From positions 186,001 through 250,000 of the IMG/VR virus record IMGVR_UViG_3300024999_000029: a stretch of DNA of 64,000 bases. One strand, 5' to 3'. Below the pieces are notes generated by a model, which saw only the letters and a program-made list of their open reading frames with translations, was not told where the DNA came from and made no database searches. Within the stretch, counting starts at the first letter, position 1; each line of letters starts with the position of its first letter. Shown here piece after piece: positions 56,001 through 64,000 of this stretch. The translations under genes and the position numbers were made by a program.

Positions 56001-57095
56001 TTATTTTTTAATCTTATTAGATATATTTATAAAAACACCAATATCACATTTTTTAATAGCATCTAATAACTCTTCTTTACTATAATTATCTAATAAACTT
56101 AAATCAATTTCTTCATCCATCCTATAACTTAATTGAGATGTATAATTCCTCTCACCTTTAGCATACTTTTTCATTGTTGTATTAGGATCTCCGTGATGTC
56201 CTTGTTTTTGTGTTTTCAAAACATCTTTTGTCATTTTCCAAGCGGAGTCACATGAGCTTGTTTTAAGAGAATGTATACCTATATTTCTTTCTTCTCTATC
56301 AATATTATATTGCTCACAGAATTTACCAATAATTTTGTATAAAGTTTTATCACTTATATTAAATATCCTCTTTTTATTATCATCATCTTTTTTTAGTTGT
56401 AATAATTTTTCATAAAATTTATCACTTATAGCCGTAGGATCTTCTTTTCCACCTTTATCTATAACTTTTATAACCCAAACCATTGCTCCAGTTTCAACAT
56501 CTTCTTCTCTCTTGATATCTTTCCATGTCATATTTAATACTGCTGATTTTCTAATACCAGTGACGTAACAGGTTTGGAAATATAAAGATGCAATTAATCC
56601 TTTATCTCTATATGTTTGAGATTCTGCGAAACTATATAAATCTTTTCTCTCTTGATTTGAAAATGGGGAGTAGCTGTTTGGATTGTCATCAAGTGAGTCC
56701 ATGTAAAAAATAACTGAATCAATATCATTATTTTTTGTGTGCAAATAATCAAATAGTGATTTTAGTCCCGCTATTTTAGAATTAACTGTACCATTGGAAT
56801 TTTTTATTTTCCCAGTTTTTTTATTTTCCTTTTTTAGTAGATATGTGACAAATAGTTCTACATCGTCACTATTTATTTTTTTTAAATCATCCCATGTTAA
56901 TATACTTAAATCTTTTCCTGTGGCATATTCAAAAAATTCTTTAATATGACCCCTATAACTTGATTTTGTATGTGAACTTTTTCTTTTTTCAAGAAACATA
57001 TTAATGTAACTAAACACTGAGTTATTTTTAAATCCCACCACCATTGATCTTGAATTTTTCATTTCTTGCAATTCTGTCATAATTATTTCCTCCAA
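56001..57095 (-). CDS. tyrosine recombinase/integrase
   Basis: CB domain; TGIRKS (R), KGGK (K), HSLK, GHH, KKY (catalytic Y). Confidence 0.85.
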   Translation of the reverse strand: MEEIIMTELQEMKNSRSMVVGFKNNSVFSYINMFLEKRKSSHTKSSYRGHIKEFFEYATGKDLSILTWDDLKKINSDDVELFVTYLLKKENKKTGKIKNSNGTVNSKIAGLKSLFDYLHTKNNDIDSVIFYMDSLDDNPNSYSPFSNQERKDLYSFAESQTYRDKGLIASLYFQTCYVTGIRKSAVLNMTWKDIKREEDVETGAMVWVIKVIDKGGKEDPTAISDKFYEKLLQLKKDDDNKKRIFNISDKTLYKIIGKFCEQYNIDREERNIGIHSLKTSSCDSAWKMTKDVLKTQKQGHHGDPNTTMKKYAKGERNYTSQLSYRMDEEIDLSLLDNYSKEELLDAIKKCDIGVFINISNKIKK

Positions 57096-57244
57096 TATAT
57101 TTATTGTTAACTTTATATTTAAGTTTCTTCATAAATTTATTATAACCCATATTATAATAATTAGTCAATAGATAAATTTGAAATATTTATAACCTTCTTT
57201 ATTAATATGACTGATAATTTAATGAATTAAAATATAAAATAGTA

Positions 57245-57273
57245 TTGACATTTAAAGACATAATGTATATAAT
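57245..57273 (+). promoter_or_regulatory. consensus sigmaA promoter TTGACA-17-TATAAT for the rightward arm; divergent promoter at 57139-57168
   Basis: Perfect hexamers; AAAATATAAAA directly upstream. Confidence 0.8.
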
Positions 57274-57661
57274 TAACACTGAAAAGAGGTATGCATATGA
57301 CTGATTCAGAAAAAACAGTTAGAAATATTAGTTCAGCTAATGTGTGGAATACATTAATGGATAAATTGGATTTAGATTTAAAGAGTATTCAGAATAATGG
57401 CAAGTGCATAACATTAGGCAAAAAAGAAGCAGAAAAAATTCTAAAAAAGTATAAAAACTAAAATATAAACTAGGAGAAAGTTATGGATTGTAGAAATTGC
57501 GAAAATTACAGTGGCTATTGTGTCATTGAAATTGATATTGACCCATTAGAGATAATGGACGGATATTGTTTTAAGTTTAGATATAAATGTAAATCAAGTT
57601 TTCAGTATGATGAAGATGATATCTACACAAAAGATAATTATAAAGAGAGTGAGGAGTAAAA

Positions 57662-58711
57662 ATGGGATCAGTAAAGATTGATATTTATAAAGATGATAGA
57701 AAATATTTTGAAACATCGTATTCCAGTGAAGAGGATATATACGACATATTATGGTTGTTGGATATTATATTGCAAGATGCTCAAAAGGGTAATAAGGAAG
57801 CATTAATCACTTTAATGGATTTGAAAAATTTGATGACAGTTAATAATCCAGTATTTAATGAATATACCAATATTCAAATGGGATTCAAACCTATGAAACT
57901 TGAAGACCAAGGGAAAGAAATAATAGAAGTTGTGGCAAGTAGATTAAACATGCCGAAAAAAGAATGTGAAAAACAAGTGTTGAACGCTGTGCTACATATC
58001 AAGAAAACAAATTTAAATAATTGGTATGATTGTATTAATAAAAATTATAAAAGTCATATAGTTGCTGCGAGAAAAAAGAATTTTGTTGATGCTTTAGTAT
58101 TTTTACCTAGAAGAACTTTGGCTAGTCATGAGGGGAGCAAGATTACTTCTGAGAGCTTGTGGCAGGTCGATTACTGCAAGAAATATGTGGTGGCTAAACA
58201 TATTTATAAGGGAGATACCTATCCTGAAGATTTGCAGGAGTTGATTGAGTTATTAAACAGCAATAAAATTAAGTTAGATAAATTAAAGGCTATAAAATTA
58301 AGAACTGGTAGTGAAAAATCTGAAATGAATAAAAGGATTAAATTGGATATTTCAATTAGAGATGATATCAATATTTTAAAAGATCATTATAAAATACCTA
58401 GAAATCACAACTACACGGAAGGACAAGACGTTAGTAACAATGAGTTAATGTATTATAAAAGAAAACCAATAGAGTTTGAAGAACTTGTAGAGAAAGAATA
58501 TGACAACTCTGAAGCTTTAAATGAATGGCAAGTTGAAAAAATAAAAAATATTGCCAGTAAGATATTAACCAAGAGGCAATTGGTTGTATTTAGTCTTTAT
58601 TATGAGTCTAGATTAACTCAACAGGAGATTGCTAGTATAATAAATGACGACCAAAGGAATGTCGCCGATGCTATAAAAAGAATTATTAAAAAAATAAAAG
58701 AGAAAATTTAG
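57662..58711 (+). CDS. protein with C-terminal sigma-70 region-4-like HTH
   Basis: LTKRQLVVFSLYY...LTQQEIASII...V...IKRIIKKI. Confidence 0.7.
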   Translation: MGSVKIDIYKDDRKYFETSYSSEEDIYDILWLLDIILQDAQKGNKEALITLMDLKNLMTVNNPVFNEYTNIQMGFKPMKLEDQGKEIIEVVASRLNMPKKECEKQVLNAVLHIKKTNLNNWYDCINKNYKSHIVAARKKNFVDALVFLPRRTLASHEGSKITSESLWQVDYCKKYVVAKHIYKGDTYPEDLQELIELLNSNKIKLDKLKAIKLRTGSEKSEMNKRIKLDISIRDDINILKDHYKIPRNHNYTEGQDVSNNELMYYKRKPIEFEELVEKEYDNSEALNEWQVEKIKNIASKILTKRQLVVFSLYYESRLTQQEIASIINDDQRNVADAIKRIIKKIKEKI

Positions 58712-58777
58712 AAAAAGTAATGTATTTTTGCACAACCCTGCCACCTGTGTGTAGGGATAATTAATAATTGGAGGTTA

Positions 58778-59584
58778 TTGATGTATTTAAGATTATACGA
58801 TAATACAAGCATGAAATTAGAATTATTCCCAACATTTAATAAAAGAGTTGAATATATAAATGAAAACTTATTCAACAATGTATTACATGAAACTTATTAT
58901 AATATTTGTTCTAGAAACTTTAAAAATAAAAATCAGATTGAAAATATAGAAAATAGATGGTTGGGTATAAAAGTTGTAAACAAACCTAACAAAGATGAAA
59001 AGCTAAAAGCTACACTAAATTACATAGCTGGATATTTATTGGGAGAAAAAGAATATCCCATAAATATTAAAATTAGAAGATATCTTGAATTGTCAAGATT
59101 GTCTGATCCAACTCAAAATGAGTTGGTGGAATTAAATAGTTTAAAAAACAATGTTTTGTATTGTAAGAGCCAAAAATTTCGAGACAACAGAAAAGATTTT
59201 ATTATTATGATTAACTCTCATATGGAAAATCTTCTAATGCACAACTTAAATAAGCTTGAACAGATAGAAAACAGAGAATATACAGAACAATTTATGTATG
59301 ACTACACTATTGATAGATTAAATGTTTGTAATGATATAAAATATAAAATATCAAGTACTGTAGACACCTTGCATACTAACATAATTAAAAAAGAAAATTT
59401 ATTTAGAGAAATACAGAGTGAATATAAAAATATTCAGAATTCTGATGATACAATAAAATATATTTCTAATATAGTGAAAGATATAAAAAAAATAGATTCA
59501 GATAATATTTACTTAGAAAAGCAGATTGAATATCTAAATGATGAATATTTGATGGCAACAGAACTCATTTATAACAATAATTAA
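58778..59584 (+). CDS. hypothetical phage protein
   Basis: 268-aa ORF with GGAGG RBS. Confidence 0.7.
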   Translation: MMYLRLYDNTSMKLELFPTFNKRVEYINENLFNNVLHETYYNICSRNFKNKNQIENIENRWLGIKVVNKPNKDEKLKATLNYIAGYLLGEKEYPINIKIRRYLELSRLSDPTQNELVELNSLKNNVLYCKSQKFRDNRKDFIIMINSHMENLLMHNLNKLEQIENREYTEQFMYDYTIDRLNVCNDIKYKISSTVDTLHTNIIKKENLFREIQSEYKNIQNSDDTIKYISNIVKDIKKIDSDNIYLEKQIEYLNDEYLMATELIYNNN

Positions 59585-60112
59585 AAACATAAAATATAAT
59601 CCATTCTCACAGCCTATTTAAGCGAAATAATTGCTTAAACGTAAAAGTGTTCATGAAAAAAATTTTCGTCTAATCACGGGGTTGTCAGAATTATTTTTGA
59701 TTTTTACGTTTTTGAAACCAGCATGGCTGTAGGGTTTCAAAATAGCAAAAAGTAACTAAATTTAACGACGAGGTGCCGATATTATGGCAAAAGAAACTGA
59801 TCAATTTTTTACACCTGAACGTTGTTTAAATTGTTTAGGAAAATGTAAAAAGGAAATGAATGCAATTTTCAAAGAAGGATTTGAGAATGGTAGAAATGAA
59901 ATACTGTGTGGCAAGCATATAAAAAGCAAAAAGGGGAATAAACTTGAAAAAAATCAGTAAGGATCTATTTCTAAAAGCAATTAAAATTGGCAGAAGAGAT
60001 TTAGTAGCTAGAACAAAGAATAATCATTATGGAATTGACAAAATAGAACATGAATTAAGAAAGTCAATAAACTAAAATATAAAATAATAAATATAAAGGG
60101 GAATTGTAGAAT

Positions 60113-60745
60113 ATGGATATGAGTATTACTAGAGGTTTATCTGAATTGAAATTGCTCAAAGACAGAATAGAAAGAAAAATACAATCATCAAAGTATATAG
60201 TAGGCAATAAGAAAAGCAATAAGAAAATTGATGGCATTTATAGTAAAGAAGATTTAATTACTACAATAAAAGCTGACTATCAAAGTGTACTAGATTTGAT
60301 TAATAGAAGGAAGATAATTAAGTCTGAAATAGTTAAATCAAATGCAAACACAGTAGTTAAAATTTCCGAAAAAGAAATGACTGTTGCAGAAGCTATAGAA
60401 AGAAAAGAATCAATTCAATTTGAAAAAACTCTACTTAACACTATGGAGCAACATTATAGACTTGCAATTGCAAAAGTTGCGAATGAAAATGAAAAAGTAC
60501 AAGCAAATTTAGATAATCTTCTTAATACCACTTTTGGTAAAGAGAATAAAAATAAAACAGCGGAGAATGAGATTAAAATAATTTCAGATCCATATCTTGA
60601 GCAAAATGAGTGGGAAGTAATTAATCCACTAAAATTGCAAGAGGAAATAGAAAAGTTGAAGACTAGTATAGAAGATTTCCTGAACGAAGTGGACTTCAGC
60701 CTTTCGGAATCAAATACAATTACTAAGATTCAAATACCTGATTGA
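60113..60745 (+). CDS. conserved coiled-coil protein (MSITRGLSELKLL... family)
   Basis: MTVAEAIE and EVDFSLSESNTIT motifs; followed by a structured non-coding region. Confidence 0.7.
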   Translation: MDMSITRGLSELKLLKDRIERKIQSSKYIVGNKKSNKKIDGIYSKEDLITTIKADYQSVLDLINRRKIIKSEIVKSNANTVVKISEKEMTVAEAIERKESIQFEKTLLNTMEQHYRLAIAKVANENEKVQANLDNLLNTTFGKENKNKTAENEIKIISDPYLEQNEWEVINPLKLQEEIEKLKTSIEDFLNEVDFSLSESNTITKIQIPD

Positions 60746-60802
60746 GTGGATTAGCGCTCTGGAAACTTATGAAGCCCAGAGCCTTGTAAATAGTTTAATA
60801 TT

Positions 60803-61109
60803 TTGTAGTTATCCGAAAACTATAGACTTAAATCACCCAATTCTTCAGGGTATATTGAGGAAACAAGAAGGATTAAGTTTATATTCAAATAATGAATATT
60901 GATTTTATTATCTAAAATCTTACGTACATATAGGCGTATAATGCGTAAAAGTTCAAAGGTTAAATTTCAATACTCAAAGTTTAGAATTTAAAGCTCTTTT
61001 TGATTAAAGTTATAAAACATAAGTCTAAAAGCTCGATAAAATCCAAGATAAAAGGTTCAAGTGTTGATTTAATTGGCTTATAGTATTCCTCTTGGCTGGA
61101 TAGTTACAA
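60803..61109 (+). ncRNA. putative ~307-nt RNA with closing stem and heptamer repeats
   Basis: TTGTAGTTATCC pairs with GGATAGTTACAA; seven AAGTTCA-like heptamers at 60949-60997; no long ORF. Confidence 0.5.
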
Positions 61110-61162
61110 GTAAGTTTCATAGATGAGTAAAATATAATTAAAATAAAAGGAGATTATAGAAT

Positions 61163-61348
61163 ATGGCGAAGGCAAAAATTAATGAAAGTCACACATTATC
61201 AGCAGAAGGATTTTTGAACATCACTGGTGATAAAATAATGATAGAAGCGGAAGATGTTGGAGAAAAGAATTTGGCAGATTTATTAATAAAATTTAATGGA
61301 GAATTAGTTAAATTTAGCATAAAGAAAAATGATGATATCGTAAAATAA
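61163..61348 (+). CDS. YonK-like protein
   Basis: Size and pattern (GFL...L..LL.KFNG..V.FSIK) and position match SPbeta YonK. Confidence 0.6.
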   Translation: MAKAKINESHTLSAEGFLNITGDKIMIEAEDVGEKNLADLLIKFNGELVKFSIKKNDDIVK

Positions 61349-61560
61349 ATAGTGAAAATATTCGGGCATCAGCTCTCTAATTCTCTGCGACGGAGACGTT
61401 AAATATGAGCCGAAACTTTAAAGCTGGTTTTTATGTTAGTCTTCCGTGAATGACGGGGACATTAAAACGCAGAATATTATTCACGTGTATGTATGTCGGG
61501 ATGGAGACGGAAAACCCATTCTCATTGGTCGGGATGAAAACTTAAAATTCATTTACTATT

Positions 61561-61592
61561 ACAAGGAGCTAGGTTATATCTCCTTGTTTTTT
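61561..61592 (+). terminator. rho-independent terminator
   Basis: ACAAGGAG-loop-CTCCTTGT followed by a T tract. Confidence 0.65.
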
Positions 61593-61629
61593 GTTGTAAA
61601 AATTTATTGAATTAAAGGGGTGTATTCGC

Positions 61630-62673
61630 ATAGAATCACTAATAGATAAACAAGTTCAAAGAAACTATATAATTGATTTATGGAAGAGTGGAAGTAACTA
61701 TAGACAAGCAAGTATTGTTACAAACCAAAAGTTTAATACTGATTATTGGGATAGCGAAAGAGTTAGAAGTATTACTAGAAAATACAGAAGTAAGATTGAA
61801 AAATTAAGCGTAGGAAATCTAGTCAAAAAATTAGAGCATCCCATAAACACAAATTATAAAATGCTTAAAAATAAAAGAAATAAAATACTTGTATTAAGTG
61901 ATTTACATATTCCTTTTCATAGGAAAGATGTTTTCGATATTGTTACTAGACATAAAGATGAAATAAAAGCTATTGTCTGTGCTGGAGATGTTCTGGACAT
62001 GTTCGAAGTTTCTAAATATCCAACACTTAATCAATATCCAGTTGAGCAAGAATTAATAGACGCTATAGATGTTTTTAAAAAGATGAAAGATATAGTGGGT
62101 AATGAAGTTGAAATAATATTATTCTACGGGAATCATGATGCAAGATGGCGTAAATATATTGCAAATATGCACCAAAAAAAATTATATAAATTCATTAATC
62201 CAAATGTCCTTGAAATGTTAAAATCAGGATTTACACTTTATGACAATGGTGAAGAAAAACGTTATGAAGGTGTTGCAGATTTAAAAATAATAAACTCATG
62301 GTATGTGAATATAAATTCAGAATTAATTATTTGTCATCCAAATAATTTTTCAAGAGGCGAATTAAAGAATGCCAAAACCGCAATAGACCACTTTATTAGT
62401 AGTGGAGAGCATTTTAATGCATTGGCGGTAGCTCATAATCACCATCAATCTGAGTGTCCTAGATATTTAGGTAAATATGCGATTGAAACAGGTTGCATGT
62501 GTCAAGAATTTGATTATTCAAATGGTAATACAGGTACTAGACCACAAGATTATGGGTATGCTCTATTTTCTTTTGATGGTAATAATAAAATAAATAAAAA
62601 TGAAAGTAAAATATACACATTAGACGGAAATTCTGTTGCTGATGAAAAATCTCAAGTAAAAATAATATTTTAA
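61630..62673 (+). CDS. metallophosphoesterase, probably starting at a non-canonical ATA
   Basis: SDLH, GD, GNHD and HNH motifs; frame open from 61600 with AAGGGG RBS before ATA 61630. Confidence 0.75.
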   Translation: MESLIDKQVQRNYIIDLWKSGSNYRQASIVTNQKFNTDYWDSERVRSITRKYRSKIEKLSVGNLVKKLEHPINTNYKMLKNKRNKILVLSDLHIPFHRKDVFDIVTRHKDEIKAIVCAGDVLDMFEVSKYPTLNQYPVEQELIDAIDVFKKMKDIVGNEVEIILFYGNHDARWRKYIANMHQKKLYKFINPNVLEMLKSGFTLYDNGEEKRYEGVADLKIINSWYVNINSELIICHPNNFSRGELKNAKTAIDHFISSGEHFNALAVAHNHHQSECPRYLGKYAIETGCMCQEFDYSNGNTGTRPQDYGYALFSFDGNNKINKNESKIYTLDGNSVADEKSQVKIIF

Positions 62674-62700
62674 ATATAAAAGGTATAAAAGGAGATTATT

Positions 62701-63057
62701 GTGGAATTAATTGAAAAAACAAATGTTTATGATGATAAAGTAGTAAAAACTTATTATATTAATGGAGTTTTAATACCAGTAGAAGATTATGATGATGTTT
62801 TGGAAGCTTGTGAAAATGAAGTAGATGAAGATTGTAACAGTTGTGATTGTTGTCAAGAATATCCTGAATACATCGAAGAGATGTTGGATGATTGTATTGA
62901 AGCAATATCAGACTCCGAAGGCATTTGCGAAGATTGCTTTAAATCAATTTTACATAGTCTGTATATGGAAGGCTATAAAGAAGGCTCAATAGACACTAGA
63001 TTAGAATTAATTGGTCAACTTAGTGATGAAATAGAAGAAATTGAAGATGACGAATAA
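62701..63057 (+). CDS. acidic Cys-rich hypothetical protein
   Basis: 118-aa ORF with AAGGAG RBS. Confidence 0.65.
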   Translation: MELIEKTNVYDDKVVKTYYINGVLIPVEDYDDVLEACENEVDEDCNSCDCCQEYPEYIEEMLDDCIEAISDSEGICEDCFKSILHSLYMEGYKEGSIDTRLELIGQLSDEIEEIEDDE

Positions 63058-63072
63058 TTTTTAAATATATCG

Positions 63073-63102
63073 TGCTCACCTGAATTTACAGGTGAGCATT
63101 TT
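63073..63102 (+). terminator. rho-independent terminator
   Basis: TGCTCACCTG-aattta-CAGGTGAGCA-TTTT. Confidence 0.8.
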
Positions 63103-63157
63103 TATGTTTAAAAATTATTATCAAATGTAAAAATTTATAGAAAAGGGTGAATATCAG

Positions 63158-64000
63158 ATGCCTAAAGTTGGTAAAAAAACTAGACAGCCTAAGCAGGTGT
63201 CTGGTAATGGTTATTGTAGAAAATGTCAAAGCACACTATCATTGGAAAAATTTTATGAAGCAACTAATCCAATGCTTGATACAAATGGTCGTATTTCAAT
63301 ATGTCGTGAGTGTTGTAATTTATTATATAAAGAATATTTTTCAATTTATAATAATTTAGAAAGAGCATTAGATTTAACTTGTCGAGATTTAGATGTAAGA
63401 TTTGATAGTCGAATATTAATACAGGTACAATCACATATAGAAAAATTATTATCTAGTGGCAAAAAAGCGGAAGCTGTTTTTGGATATTATAAAAGTAAAT
63501 TGGGATCAACTGGTAAAAATAATGAAAAATTTGATTCTTTTAGATATAAAGATAGTAATAATTTAAATTATAATTTAGAAAAAAGATTAATTGGAGAAGA
63601 AAATAAAGAGGTTGATGAAGATTTAGTATTATTTTGGGGAAAAGGATTTAATATTGAAGATTATATTTTTTTAGAAATTGAATTATCAAATTGGCAAAAA
63701 ACTCACAAATGTGACAATCATGCGGAATTAATATTGTTGAAAGAAATATGTATGAAGCAATTAATAATTAGAAACAATCGAGCTGAAAATAAAGATGTGT
63801 CTAAAGATGTAAAGGAATTACAAGAATTGTTTAAAACTTGTTCAGTAGATCCAGCGAAAGCTAATGCTATTGGTAGCGGCCAGTCAGTTGATAGATTTGG
63901 TGTATGGGTAAAAGATATTGAAGCACTTAAACCTGCTGAATGGTGGAATAAACAAGAAAAATATAAAGATATGGATGGTTTTATGCCATATATTAACAAC
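63158..64000 (+). CDS. YonG-like protein (possible terminase small subunit), runs off the window
   Basis: MPKVGKK...YCRKC...KFY...ICREC...; open to the end of the window; position typical of the gene before terminase in SPbeta-like phages. Confidence 0.6.
   Translation, partial: MPKVGKKTRQPKQVSGNGYCRKCQSTLSLEKFYEATNPMLDTNGRISICRECCNLLYKEYFSIYNNLERALDLTCRDLDVRFDSRILIQVQSHIEKLLSSGKKAEAVFGYYKSKLGSTGKNNEKFDSFRYKDSNNLNYNLEKRLIGEENKEVDEDLVLFWGKGFNIEDYIFLEIELSNWQKTHKCDNHAELILLKEICMKQLIIRNNRAENKDVSKDVKELQELFKTCSVDPAKANAIGSGQSVDRFGVWVKDIEALKPAEWWNKQEKYKDMDGFMPYINN

Larger units (their letters stand above)
1..64000. mobile_element. Segment of an SPbeta-like large temperate phage/prophage (early accessory arm, lysogeny module, start of late arm)
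   Basis: Dense co-oriented small ORFs; recognisable YopQ/YopR-like pair, YopX, YonK-like and YonG-like proteins, phage ligase and HNH genes; no host core genes. Ends are not within the window. Confidence 0.88.

Noticed and set aside
63147-63359. 70-aa ORF from the ORF track
   Set aside because: Off-frame overlap of the long gene starting at ATG 63158 that runs off the window; 63718..63999 (-) is likewise its antisense shadow.
1-64000. Diversity-generating retroelement, retron or arbitrium system
   Set aside because: No reverse transcriptase, TR/VR pair or AimR-like TPR protein with peptide gene seen in this window.

Overview
The whole window is an AT-rich segment of a large SPbeta-like temperate phage or prophage of a Firmicute, probably clostridial. 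No host housekeeping genes, rRNA, canonical tRNA or CRISPR array are evident. Positions 1-51 kb are a leftward early/accessory arm of about 100 mostly small ORFs. It includes a CCA-adding enzyme, a nucleotidyltransferase, an intein-containing NAD-dependent ligase, several HNH nucleases, YopX, Lar, a ParB-like protein and a large adenine methyltransferase. A lysogeny module at 28-31 kb (LexA/CI-like repressor, MrpR/YopR-like and YopQ/DndB-like proteins) interrupts it. A 2.2 kb non-coding region (51.0-53.2 kb) carries palindromic repeats and a sharp strand-composition switch. It is followed by an SF2 helicase, a CoiA-like nuclease and a tyrosine recombinase, then a rightward late arm (sigma-like protein, YonK-like, metallophosphoesterase, YonG-like). 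The main unexplained patterns are: (1) about 45 copies of a 16-bp imperfect palindrome (TAAA-N8-TTTA) at gene junctions of the accessory arm, often starting on the stop codon, which makes the arm look like a gene-cassette array; (2) several cassettes that appear to be captured fragments of larger proteins; (3) 35 co-oriented copies of the octamer CTGTTATA confined to 34-51 kb; (4) a cluster of tRNA-like and other structured non-coding RNAs at 6.3-7.2 kb, and a heptamer-repeat RNA at 60.8-61.1 kb. All counts and homologies were made by eye, without database searches.
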